From positions 6,014,001 to 6,078,000 of the forward strand of contig JAYWIR010000003.1 of assembly GCA_036172245.1 (NCBI GenBank): a stretch of 64,000 nt of DNA. The letters are read 5' to 3'. Position numbers and translations under genes: made by a program. The notes beneath the pieces were generated by a model. It was given only the letters and a program-made list of their open reading frames with translations. It had not been told where the DNA came from and made no database searches. This document shows, one piece after another, positions 1-12,321 of this stretch (within the stretch, counting starts at the first letter, position 1; every line of letters starts with the position of its first letter). The stretch is from Raillietiella orientalis. Taxonomy: Eukaryota.

Positions 1-121
1 AATGACGGTTGTTTAATGTCAATCTTTCGAGAGAAAAAAAAAAAAAGAGAGAGAGAAGAGGAGGAAACCATGGCTGTAGAACTTAAAGCATCACCCAGAA
101 AGCGCGCAGAGGATTTTGGTC

Positions 122-930
122 TCAAAGTTGACGGAATTTCCAGATGAGCATTTCAATGCCATTTCTTCTCGTTCCCCAAACAGAACGAAAAAACAGCCAA
201 GCGAAGGCACTTCTGCAATTGAACTTCTTAGGCATAGGTTCTAACGCATTCACAGAGACTTCCAGCCATGATAAATAGCCATGATTCCAGAATGCTCTTT
301 CATAGGAATAGTTGATCCAACATTTCGACTCGTCCGTATTGAGGGACCTCTGGGAAAAGGGAATTGGCCATTTTTTGGCCATTTTTTTTCCAATGGTGAC
401 AAAGATTTGTATAGGCAATTATTTATAAGTGTGCCGCCCGACGCTGTACAATGGACTATGAAATTGAACTGAGGTGTCTCTTCTCCGTAACAGATGATGA
501 TGAAATTTTCGTGAAATCAGTACCATCTCTGTGCCATCGGAGTTACCGTGATCGACTGACACCATCGATTTGAAGAGTCTGCTCGTGGAGATGGATCAGA
601 ACGTCAGTTTCAGATGTCTGCGTACAAGCTCCAACCGTCTCCCTGCTGCGTCGCAGGGAATGATGAGCTTTGTGAAGTTTCAAGGCTACACGTCTCCATT
701 GGTGCTCGTCTTTGTGCCGGTGGCACGAAGGCTCATCTCCACGCCGTTCTGTAACCATGGGAGATGCTGCCGAAACACCATCGCTGCACTGCAGAGTTTA
801 CTCGAGCACTTGACGCCAAATTGCGACCACTCTCTTGCACGCCCTTTGCCTCGGTTCGATCTGAGCCCACGTCAAGCTCAGCTTCTGAAGCCGGGAGCTG
901 TCACTCCGGAAGAGTGGCAAAGAGTTCACG
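122..930 (-). mobile_element. Decayed RLE-type non-LTR retrotransposon (Utopia-like) fragment, N-terminal part of the RT (domains 0-3)
   Basis: Minus-strand remnants occur in the expected order: TAPG (~900), QWRRVALKLHK (cf. NWRPISL..YK, ORF 543-758) and FWNHGYL...AFAWLFFRSVWGT (cf. C.EH.F.L...VAWLDL.NAFGS, ORF 122-418). Frameshifted. Confidence 0.7.
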
Positions 931-1209
931 TTCTGAACGCACTCGGGTGTCTTCTTCGTTCTGCCAGCACGCAATGGCGTGACAAGGAATACGGACGCAT
1001 AGCGACAAGAGCGTGGATATCAATTGCATCCTGAGTTAATTAACTCGGTCCTGACCACCTTGGAGACCTGACGTGATGAGGAAGAATGCTCGATTCGGTC
1101 AGACGCGCGCCGGGTTGGCCGCAATCGATAACTTTTCGTCCCTTGAATTACAGTTTTCGTCTTGAAGTTTTCATTTTTCGTGGGTGATGAGCTTCGGTGC
1201 AGATGTAGA

Positions 1210-3200
1210 ATGTAATTATAACTGTAGTAATTGAAAGATACGGAAAATTCTCATCCTTGGATGACGGGCTGTTAAATGAAATGGGAAGGATAATTGATAA
1301 TAAAGCCCTATAATCACTTTAGTGCCCTGGATGACATCCAACTCTTGTTGGATTGGGATAACAAGCACTGCTCCATATTCGCTGTACGTTGCCGTGGATA
1401 CTGGTTTCTATTATCCCGATATCTTGTCAGGTTGTTCCCATCATCTCATTTGGGTGTTGTGCGCTTTTCTTGAGAGAATCCTCCTTTGAAACTTGGACTC
1501 CCACGAGCAGTCGAGTCGAGTTTCCTGGGATGCCACGGATAAAGGCTCCAACATGGTAGCTCCTGGCCGACACAGTGCGACTGGGGCTGCGGCTTTTCGA
1601 TTAATTTAATGAAAATACCCCTTGCAGCCCTGCCATCTCGGAACATCTGCTAATGGGCAGCAATCAAACGGAGCAGAGGTCGGCAAATTAACCGAAGTAG
1701 TTTCCGGTTCCAGCAATTTGGTTTCCGTAGGTAGCTCGGTCGCGTTGCATCCTGCATTGATTCGGGATGCTCTTTTGCCTGTTTCTAATAGAAGGACAAC
1801 TGGGTGCAGCCAACTGCTTTTGGAGAATTCTGTAGAACCAATGGATTCCTAAGAAGCGTTAGGGCTCGCATTCTCGATTACGCATCTGTATGTGGAATTC
1901 CATTACGTCGTATATGTGTAGAGTCAAACAGCTTACAACGGTACATAGAGGAACTATGTACTGTTCCCTGATCACACACGAACTCTATCACGTATGCAGG
2001 ATGGACTCTGCTCTGGCTGCTCCGGGGTCTCGGAGGAAGAGCGGCAGCGTTTGCGTAGGCAGATCTTTATAATCGGGCGATATATAAAACAGACTCTGTT
2101 TTTGCAGAATATTTATATCAAATTAAGCAGTCCATGCTGCTAAGCACCAGCTGTTGAATCGATCGACGTGATCGACGTAAAGTGCAGATAGCCTTCATGA
2201 GTTCCATTGCTGAAGTGGCTATTCTGAACGAGAATCTCCTACGCAGAAAACGAACCACATTTGGTTCTCCTCTCCCCATGCCAACAGAAACTTGTGGTGC
2301 AGGTGTGTAAGATCACTGCATCCCCTCTGCACAGCTTCTTCTGATCCTCGAGACGAGCTTTCCTGGCTCTTCACGGTTCCAGTTGCATGTTCTTGAGCTT
2401 TGCAGGTCAAGCAACGAACTGAGGGGTGGGACATATGCCAAAGGACGAACGCTCACTATTGTCACTACAGTTGCCATTGCCACTGCTTTTTCTTCTTCCC
2501 TCTGAGTGGAACTCTGCAGATCTCAGTTGCATCTTCTCCAAGTTCAGCATTGCTTGTGCCGATCACCCGTTCTCGGTGGCGATGGAGAGCGTCATTCATC
2601 CCAACTAAGACAAATGGGTTCGACAGAGCAGCGCAGACAGCAGCAGTGGTAAAAACGGCCACCAAGCAAACTTTGCCAAGAAATGGGGTGTTTTGCCGTT
2701 TTACTTAAAACGCAGCCCTGAGACCCGGGGGGGGGGGGGGGAAGAAGGGTTTCTGAAGCGCGACATGGGATGCGCACAGGTTTTCCTCCATCAAGCGTTC
2801 ACTAACTGGTTTGATGAATCTCTGCTTCTTTTCTTCCTTTTCGAACGCAACAAGCTCTTGCGTGCTCTGCGCGCAATGCGAGGAACACGTGACAGGGTGG
2901 TGCGTCACCATCGTGGATGGCTTCGTGAGAGCTCTTTGAGCACCGGAAAGACAAACCGCCACGGCACCATCTTTGCTTTCGTCATGTCGTTCAGCGTTGG
3001 ATTCCGCCCCGAGCTACTTCTGTCCTCCTTGCCTTCGGGAATTCCAGCGTGCAAAGGGAAGCGGAAATTTTCGCCACATCTTGTTGATTTTCTTCCTCAC
3101 CTGCCTGAACGACTGCCACCTTGCGCGACGGTGTCCCCTCCGTCTTGCGAGAAACTGTCCCAGCCTGTCCTGCAGCCTGGAAGACCAATAAGACGCTGAA
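1210..3200 (-). mobile_element. Decayed Utopia-like fragment: RT domain 7/thumb through RLE endonuclease and 3' UTR
   Basis: ELGEDATEICRVPLRG (cf. L..GE.Y.YLGVP.G, ORF 2465-2665), LPTSAPFD (cf. DVTVPFEN, ~1665-1685) and a frameshifted VGA(L).WHPGN (cf. VGALGSWDP.N, ~1520-1552). Confidence 0.6.
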
Positions 3201-3799
3201 TGGGAGTCAGGCAGAAACGAGGAACGCCACTGCTACTACCAAGGCTGCGTTTCCAGCTCTGCTGTTGTGGTCCGAAGCTCAACTGCAAGCCTCGAACGGG
3301 GCAGAGCTTTCATGAGCGGAGTTCCCATTTGCCATGACCACGCAGTGCACCCGTAATGATGCCTTTTTAGAAGAGGGGAATCTCAAAACTGGGCAGGGAG
3401 GCGCGGCTGTCACACTACGCTTTGGCAACCACAATTCTGTTATGACGACATCGTTGCTCTCCTGTTGCAATCGGGGAGTTTTTCCAAAGCGACAGGGTCT
3501 CGCAGCTTCCCAGAGTCTGAGATAAGACCTTAAGCTCCATCCAAATTGCATCTTCTCTACAAAGTTTCAAGCAAGAGCCGGTTGAGCAAAATGCGACCTG
3601 AGCGTCCAGCACGTGAGCGGGAGCTACGAGTGGGAGACGACTGACAAGTCTACAGAGTCATTCCATACGTCAGCCGGAGAGGGAGGCACAGCTACCAGAT
3701 CTCGCATTTCAGATAAAGGGAAAGATGCTATCGAACGGGACCGTTGAGAACGGTGGTGGAGTTTGGTGGTGGTACATTCTCCGGGGAGTTTCAGCTCAC

Positions 3800-5400
3800 C
3801 TTCACGAAGAAGAGTGCATGCTAAGAGATTCTATGAAGAATGGAGTCCAAGCGTAACCTTGAAATGGACGTCACCACGGAGATCGTTTGCTTGTCCACCT
3901 CACCATGCGACATCGGGTTGTGCGCTTGCAGCAAGAGCTTGCCATGTAGAGGATCAAATAAAACTGAACAAAAGTTTACAACCGCGAGCTGCGGTGGCTG
4001 GAGAAAGATGCAGATCAGCTGCCTCACGACCTTCGGGTTGATCGGAAATGGACGGAAAATTCACATGGCTTTTCGCACAACGTTCCATGGAAACGGAAGC
4101 ACATCGCGAACTTGTGATGGAAGTGCACCTCGATGGGGAGCATATGTACTCCCATTCCTTCCCCATATTGCATCCTCCCTTTTCAGCATCTGCAGCTTCC
4201 AGCATTTACCCACGGCAATACATCACAAATGGGATGAATCCATGTTGGAAATTTCTCCTCGGGATAAATACACTTTGATCCCTTATTCCAGAGGCAGGGC
4301 TTGGTTCTGGATCCGCAAGCAAGGTGCAAGGAAAAGAGAAGGCTTGGGCATGTTGCATGCACTGTGGTACTTATTAGATTCATCGAAATTATTTGGTACA
4401 ACAACAGAGAAACACGTGAAGAACAAGATGTGGTTCAAGGGGATGCAATCCACATGGTACCATGAAAACTCGAGGAAGACAAATGAAGTATGGATGAAAT
4501 TTCCATGACGGAAACATCCTTGCAGATGCTTAGATGATACTCCAGGATCTTCTATTGGTATCCGTCAGAGAAACTGTAGCATCTGATTGGACGCAGAAAG
4601 ATTGATTCCTTTACGATCAAGAAAAGTACTAATGTGTATGTGTGTGCGCGTTTTTTTCCTTTTTTTTTTTTCCTGGTCGTTAAGCTGATCGTCGAATCCA
4701 AGCAAATTCTCTGGTGGCAATCCGCACAGGAATTCGTATCCCTTCTTCCTGAAAGACAAAGCTTCGGGGAATCGCGAGAAGTCGTCTTATGGAGATCTTT
4801 TTCGGATCATCCCCTAGGGAAAAATTCTCCACTCATTACGATGAGAAGCGTCGCGCTGGAAATGCGAACACATCTCTTTTCTCAGCAAAGGGGGGAAAAA
4901 AGGTCCTTTTCCATTTCTCCGAGTCTGGTGGCCCTGTCTCAATCCGGAGAAGATTTGGAGAAGCTGGTGGAAGGTACGTCCACCAGCTTCTCCTGCAGCT
5001 CAGCTGCCTCACCACCCTTGAGTTGATCGGAAGTGGACGGACGACCTTCACTGCGCACTCCCACCAGCCTCTTGGCACCATGCGTTTCCGTGGTAGCAGC
5101 AGGTTCCTATCTGGCCCAACTGAGGCGATGCGCTCCTTCTGGGGAGATCCATCTTTCGTTTTCCGTCTAGGAATCGCATTTCAGGGTACCGTGGAAACAT
5201 GGTTCTCCATGCACGGCTGACACATAGTAGAGAGTAGTGCAGCTGTGCTCCCTGAGGGGCGCATCAGCTTCCCATGGCCTCCAGATTCGAGATCGCCAGC
5301 TCCAGTTTCCTGTCGAGGTCAGAGCTGCGAGCCGGTCAGAACAGCAGGTTCCCACGGCGAGAATTTTGATGCTCCACGAGCTTCCAGGAAAGGTTCCCAC
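3800..5400 (+). mobile_element. Decayed Utopia-like RT core (domains 2-7)
   Basis: ORF 3840-4508 has ISPRDKYTLIPYSRG (cf. ISP.QKGF.P..G) and HALWYLLDSSKLFGT (cf. AWLDLSNAFGS). ORF 4634-5026 has SLVALSQSGEDLEKLV (cf. DDLVL.A.S.E.LQ.LL). SRFLSGPT (cf. YRYLG.P.G) lies at ~5100. Confidence 0.7.
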
Positions 5401-5649
5401 AGAAATAGAATGCTGAGGAACTGATGAAATTAGACCATCAAAGGTATCCTGTGTTCCTATTGCTGGTTAGTAAAGCGAATGCATCGTACGTCGATTCCCT
5501 GATCCTCTTCTATGCCACCTCCCACCCTACCCCCAAAAACAAAAAATCGGGTTTTCCGTGTCCCGAGGAATTTTGGTTTCATCGTTGGCCTCATCTGGAG
5601 AAGATTGGTTTCTTCCAGACATCATTCTCGTTTCTTTCGCGTTTTCTTT

Positions 5650-7763
5650 ACCTTCCAGTTACCGGCGGCAACCGTGCAAAGGGTCTTAAGGATACGAATC
5701 AGTTATGAATTCGGGGAGAAAACATCCGCGAGATCTCACTGAGAAATTCTGACTCGCAACTGAGGAAGTCGAGAATTTATGTACCTTTGATCCTTCTGAG
5801 AAAAAAGGAAGCTCTCTGAGGTATTGGGAACGTCCAATGGTTGCCAGTTGCCTTTCCTCTTTCTGCTCGTTCCAGAATCCCCTGCCAAGTCTTCGCCTCG
5901 ATCCCAGCCTCTGGCCTTCTTTGGGTGGAAAGAGAAAGATGGAACCAAGACCGAAATGGGTTCACTTTTACAGTACCAGGGAATCCAGGCAGCGGACGTC
6001 AGAAGCCACATCTCTTCCAAGGTCTCTACGCAGGCTGAAAGCATGCACATATTCGTTTTCCTGGAGGTGCACGGTTTCCCACCAGCAGAGGCGCCTAGGA
6101 TGCGGCGGTTTCAGGGAGCATCCTGCTGTTTCATCCCTGACTGGAACCGAGCTGCGGAGAGAACTTACTGGAACGGAGCAGTGAGATAAGTTCACGCTGA
6201 AATGGGATGCCCATGAGATGTGCACCTGAGGGGAGATGGCTCCGTGTGCGTGGCAAGGAAGTCTTCGTACTTTGCGTGCTCCTAGACGTCTTTCAGCTCC
6301 ATACCAGGAAAAGCACGAACCCAGTATCGTGTTTGACGGATACCAGAAGGCAGTTGTGATCTTCCTGTCCAAAAATTCAGAGCGAGTGGGTTCCAAGAGA
6401 CGTGAGACGGTTCGGTGCTTATTAAGAGAGATCCAAATGTCCATCTTCGTTCTTCCGTTGCTGAAAGATGATGCCGAACTCATGGGGCAAACCACGGAAT
6501 GTGAATGCTTCACGTGATCTCCAAATAACGAATCAGGGGCTTCGTTTTTGCGAAGTCAAGCACAGTCCACGCATCCAGCATCTGTGGATCCCCTTCCTGG
6601 ACCATCAACAAGTATCCACGGTTCAAGACCGGTCAACAGTTCGCTGATGCAACCTCCAACATGGTAAAAGTGGAAGGAACAGTGAACTTTCCATGAAGAG
6701 TACCTCTAAAGGCGGCCGACCGCGTAGATGGTTGGGAGAAATCTGAATCCTTTGGGCGCGGATGGTTGAAATTTGTCACTCCGCGAGCTCCGCTGCTTCT
6801 TGACGGGGATCAAGCGGGAAGGGATACGAAGTAGGGTGTGGATTGGGGCTGACATCGTATCCAACAGTCGTTCGTTCGCTTAGAACTGAACTGCCCAAGT
6901 CAGAAAAATGTCTTCGGACAGCAGCAGCCTGCTAGGGGAAAGTAAGAACGCTCGGCATGTTGCCTGCTATCAGAACACCCCACGTAAGTAGCAACAGTTG
7001 CTCCGAGCATCATTCCAGTAGAAAACAGACAGAAGCAATTTTTGATTCGTGGACCGCAAGGCATATCCTGTTGAAATATAGATGCAGAGAAGTAGCTGTT
7101 GCTCTTCCTGGAGGATCTTTTTTTTTTTTTTTTTCGGTGTTTTTCTTTGTGCTTAATGGAGTGTAGTGCGAACATAAATGGCAAGAGGGTGGTCATTCTG
7201 CCGGTTGCCATGGCTGAAACTTCCTCTCGGTAAAAATGAAAACATCTTCGATAGCTGCGGATGCACCTTCGCGCCCTCGCAACCTCAGCAGTCGATTCTC
7301 GATCGATGTTTTTTGTTCGGAAACACCCTTGTTGGCAACTACCATTTTCCGATTTCCCTCAGCATCTTTTTTTTTTTTTTTTTTCCACTTTTGACATGGA
7401 ATATCGTTAGCGCAGTCATCCGGTTGGATGCTGGTCAGTCACCTTCTGGAGATGTGACAGATAGGAAGAATCATTTTATTCTCAGTGCAGAGTGCGCAAC
7501 TCTCGACCCGCTTTTGTTTTCAGATGAGATTGCACGTTTCACGAAAGCTTTCCAGCAGTGTATCTTAGCAACGGGATTGTAAAGTGTCGTGCATCACGGC
7601 ATTTGTTTATCATCTCACAAACAGATCAAACTCCTTCATCTTCATGCTTTCTTCCAATGTTAAAATGCCCTCCCCGCATCACGAATTTCGGTACCTACAT
7701 ATTATCGTATATTAAATAAGCATTTTTGTTCAGTTCACTGTTTAATGATAACACTGCTATTAG
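5650..7763 (+). mobile_element. Decayed Utopia-like fragment: RT7, thumb, CCHC knuckle, RLE C-terminus and 3' UTR
   Basis: GSLLQYQGIQ (cf. G..Y.YLG.P), TPHVSSNSCSEH...EAIFD (cf. TLPHV..HC...HNAI.D, ORF 6957-7166) and a C-terminal LLFSDEIARFTKAFQQCILATGL* (cf. LMVSDTIRWSRDIY.EH.TG) ending at 7582. Confidence 0.6.
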
Positions 7764-8049
7764 ATCAGTTTCTAACCAGCTAATCGCTCCAAGTCACCCT
7801 CGGAGCTTTGGAGATTGCATTCCAGGATTTTCAAGCAACTTTGCTTTCTTCAAACAGCCCCCTTCTTCTTTAAGCAGGGATCAGGCACTCACTTAGCACT
7901 TAAGGACTATTAAACAGACACTGCCGAGACAGATAAAGGGAATGGTATGAGTCGTTGGAGATCCTGGGAGGATGAAACATTAGGAAGAGTGTCGATAGTA
8001 GGCTCGTGCAATGGGTGCCAACTCTCGTGACTCTCGCATTCCGAAGATC

Positions 8050-9010
8050 CCAGAACCGAAGATACCAGTCTGACGAAATTCGAATTGCAGTTTGTGATTG
8101 ATGCTGGAAATGTTGAAGGAGACGCAAAGAAGAGTGCAAGAGAAGTGTTGCACTCTCTGGAACTCTGGTGCGACCAGGACGAACGGAAACTGATAGGGAA
8201 GAATGTGGAACATCTCCACTGCCTCGGAAGAATGAAAGGTGAGCAGCCAAGAGATGCAGGAACTTCGGCGGCGACGTCAAACAGTGGATTCAAGCAGAGG
8301 AGATAAAGAGGGGAGGGAGCATTTTCACAAACCCCTAGGGGGAATTCTGATCTGCGATTCCCAGGATTAACTTTCAAGAAAGTAGCCTATTTGAGGACAT
8401 CGTCGAAGCAGCAGAGGAGCAAAGTTTGCTCAGGCGTGCACGTCGTGTGTTCAGAGAAACTTGGGGTGCTATTAGGTCCTCTATAGAGAAAGAAAACTCC
8501 AGCCTTTGATGAAATCAGATGGAGGCGGCCGGAGAGGACCACGGAATGATTGTTCAGTATAAAATGATTACGCCATGCACGACGTTCCTGTGGTAACTCT
8601 GTGTTTATAGCACCACTTTCAACGCAACCAAATATCGTGTCGCTTTTCGTGTTCATGGCATGCCCAACGTGCATCCATCCATTCCTTAAAAGGGAAAACA
8701 ACTGAAACACGACTGAAGTGTGGGCTCCTTCGTTTTAGGAGCACAAGGCCCACTCTGGAGTCTGTCTGCCCCATTACCTCGCCTTCGGCGAGTGAGGAGT
8801 AAAGCTTCTCTTAGCTTCCGGAAAGGCGTTCTTCTGTCCCGGAAGGCAAAATTTCCCCATCGATTCTCGACAGTGGAGCCTTTTTTCCCAGGAATGATCA
8901 CTGCCTTCAAAGTGATTCGTTTTCTTCCCCTGGAAGTTCACTCGATCAATCGCTATGGTAAAGAATAACCTGCGGGTAGGAAGGCTTCAGGAACATTCCT
9001 TCGTTGCCTC
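8050..9010 (+). mobile_element. Decayed Utopia-like CCHC/RLE 3' fragment
   Basis: GSFVLGAQGPLW (cf. F.VGALGSW, ORF 8720-8968), preceded by a degenerate CxxC..ETL-like segment at ~8425-8470. Confidence 0.5.
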
Positions 9011-9149
9011 ATTGAACCATCTGATATTCCAGTTCTCCCATCTGTGCAATCCTTCCGGTCAGAGCCGTTCCGAAAGGATTGCTCACCCCTTCGCTCTAGC
9101 CACTCTCCTTCCTCACTACTAATTTTCATTTTTATTTATTTATTTGTTT

Positions 9150-9750
9150 TTGCGAGGCTGGCTGCGCTCTTTTCTACGGTTACGGAATACCTTCAATCCG
9201 AGCGAATTCTTCACACAGGCGCGCCTAGCCTTTCCTGTGGAAGGGTAACACAACTGTCTACTTCGATTACCTCCAAGAAGAGGGCGGCACAGAACAAAAT
9301 CGCTCCCCAACAGCTCCCGGACCGCGGAAACCATAATCTTTGATCGAAGACATTCCGGTGCTTTTCCATGGAATCGAAAATGACCACTCCCGTGACTGAC
9401 AATGAAATTCCTCGGCAGTTGGCCACAGAACGACCCTGTCTTTCTCAGTAGAGACCGTTTCTCACCGGTCCTCCAGGATGACGGTGTTTTTCGAGGTCAT
9501 GTCATGCTCCGTGACGTGCCACTTGCCGGGTGTCCTGCAGTAAATTACCCCCTTGCCTAGATACCCCTTCCGGTACATCCACTATGTTACGACTTATCTA
9601 ATCTTATATCAGAGCGACGGGCGATTTGTATTCAATGATTATTACATTCAATCTACCTTTCTGAGTAGTAGAGTGAAGCTCTACAGTCACCCGCTAATGA
9701 AATTATTAATGAAGAAAAAGAAAAAAAGAAAAAAAAAGGAAAGACTTAAA
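9150..9750 (+). mobile_element. Decayed Utopia-like RLE 3' fragment with 3' UTR
   Basis: ETIIFD (~9328) and LGSWPQNDPVF (9411-9443, cf. LGSWDP.N..V), followed by a stop near 9541 and an AT-rich tail ending in TTAAA. Confidence 0.55.
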
Positions 9751-10099
9751 GTTGTTTGTTACCAGTTAAGAGCTGGTTTTAATAAATTCATCCTTCCGCT
9801 TGTTGGATTTGGGGAAAAGAGTGAAACTCCACCACGAGTGAGACTCGAGCTCTTGAGCCACCCCGGGAAGGTGCGTCCAGGATGAAGTCGCTGGAAACAC
9901 TCTGTGAGAACCACGGACGAGTGGTGACTCCTCCCCGTGCACTGGGTCTAGTGTGACCGTACTTGGCTGCTCACGGATCCGACCCGAAATTGTTGAAACG
10001 CTTGTGTGGCCTCGTAGGCAAATCAGGAGTAACCATTGACTCTAACTGGAAGGAAAAGCAGGCACCGGTGAGGATTCACTAATTCAAAAGCCGGAGCAA

Positions 10100-10800
10100 G
10101 GAGCTATGGGAAGCACTGGCTCTGGAGGTTCCTTGCTTCCTTGCCATTCCACGGAAGACGCGGCAATGGATGCACCCATGGTCCAGATTCGAGACTGCAA
10201 ACAGTTCCATACGCCGCTGCTCCAATACGCCAAAAAGGGCAAAGGAGGAATCGCCCACAGGACACGAGAAATGTCGCAAAATCAGGACGACGACGCTCGA
10301 TCCGGAACCACAAGGGGAGATGGTTCGGGAATACATTCCACAGACGAACAGAAATGAAGGCACCCCCATCACAGTTTCCAACCGCTCCTGGATACGAGAG
10401 GCTGGAACAGTTTGGAGGACGATCTCCTTGTGATTTTACCACAGATCCCCTCTTCGAGTGGCTCGAGGATTGAATACTGGGTAGGCAGCATCCAAGACGA
10501 GTCCTGCACGGCGTGCGGGCACAGGGAAATCCATCTCCACGTGCCGACCTGCCCGACACTGTGCCAAGACCGGAAAGAGATCAGCAGACCTGAGACCCCT
10601 GGAGAGAATGTTCGAAGGGACCGGCGGCGTTCCCTGATACAGTCCCGTGGTGAGGACCACGATTGGTCACGAGCTCTGTGACAAGAAGAACCAAAGTCCC
10701 ACATCGGCATCAAAATTTCTGATAGGACTAACGCGAAAGGAAACCGGGATCAGGAAATGAGGCGGGGGGGGAGTTCCCTCCTGGAAGCATCATTGCTTCC
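10100..10800 (+). mobile_element. Decayed Utopia-like RT N-terminal fragment (domains 0-2)
   Basis: FPTAPGYERL (cf. NTAPGPDGL, ORF 10141-10473) followed by a degenerate VL...GNPS segment (cf. TVLIHKKGDP). Confidence 0.5.
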
Positions 10801-10939
10801 TACGGAAGGAAGATGACATTGCCCAAGCGAGCGAGGCAACCAGCAACTCCTAAGCGTGGACCCCAAAGGACAGAAAACCCTCACTGAACTGGGGGAAACC
10901 TTGGGGAGTGGAACCCCACGCTAGCAATGCAAAGCATTA

Positions 10940-12300
10940 GGTGGAAATCTCGTTCGGACTTGTCTTTCCCTGACGGTAAGGTCGAAGAAGCTGGAGTGAA
11001 CGACCCTTCAGGGATGGATGACTCGCAGGCATTGCTGTCTGCTGCCTGGGAAACCCTCCTCTTGCTACGCTCTCCGAAAGAGCCGACCAGGTAAAACAGC
11101 AACTGCAGCACACTGGACAGAATGGGGTAGGCTCAACCGGGGTTGTGGGTAGAGCTGCGGGGAGGGTGAAGGAGAACGAATGGGTGCTAAACATCAGCTG
11201 TGCGTGGACCGGAAGAGGAAGGGTACTTTTTTTAGTTTTTTGGAGCGAGCCGAGGAGAAAGTGCCTTCTCCCTTCCCTTCCCACTCTTCCCAAGCATTCC
11301 CCTAAAGGGAGGATGTACGCCAAGACTTGTGGTCCAAAATCAGTGTCGGGAAAGAGTATTCCGCCTGAATGACCTTGATTGCTCTGTCCGCTAGATTCTC
11401 GCAGAGTGGCAACGACCTCGTTCGGAATCCCTTCCCCTCCCATCTCAGCCATGTACGTCTCAGCCCCTCAGTGGACGTTCCCCATTCCGTTGCCCTTCTT
11501 GCGGAAGCGTGGCAGCCGATCTCGGCGGGATATCTTCCAAACGGACGGTCCAGAAGCCATAGACCCCCATTTCGGTTCTTCGTTTGGGAAGGTTCTTCTT
11601 CCACCTGGAGGTCCTGTTGCCTGATAAAATGGACGCGGGATCAACACTGAGAACCGGAGCAGGAGTGAGGATGCCGTGTCGGTAGGTAGGGGTAGCCACT
11701 TCCACATTCCAGACCAGCCGACGTCCCCTGAGAGAGGGCGACCATCGCCTGATCGGCATTCGAGACATCGTGCTCTTGGCTCCCAGCTGGGTAGTCGCCA
11801 CCCAACTGTCAGGGACGTGCGCACCCTCCAGCGGCAGAGCCGTAAGGAACGTCGCGCAAGGCGGAAAACGGACAGCGAGGCGTCTACGAAAGGTCCCAGC
11901 AGTGGAAGTGGCTTAAGTCTGCCGACGTCCAGTCTGCACCTACAGGCTGTCTTCCACCCGGACACTTCTCCCCGTGTCGCGGGCGCACCGCTGCGGTCTC
12001 ATGGAGCTGCCCGTGACCCCGGTCAAGCAGCGGTCAGTTCACTCCGCGCGTTCGTACCTCCAACTAACCGAAGGTGATCCGATCCTGTTCCAGGTTCTCG
12101 ACAGAGCTGCCTCGGGACGCCTCTCTCAAAGAGAAGAGGGAGAAGAGTTGCCTCGAGTGAGAAGGGTAAAGACCTTCCTCTCCCCTTCTGCACATCTAGT
12201 CTTTCGGACTGCTTCGCTTCACATCCGACAGACAGCCCGTGTAGCAAACTGCTGTTTCGGAAGAGCACGGGAGATGAATCTCCCCTCGCATTTGCGTGGA
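10940..12300 (-). mobile_element. Decayed Utopia-like RT domain 4 to thumb fragment
   Basis: A frameshifted RGN/LLPLLF (cf. QG.PLSPLLFN) at ~12125-12155, ADWT...LKP (cf. ADW.GL.F.P), AIKVIQAEYSFPTL (cf. LDAI.TF..P.L) and TKKSTLPLPVHA (cf. K..L.LP.RA). Confidence 0.55.
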
Positions 12301-12321
12301 AGTCCTCCCGTTAAGAAGGGT

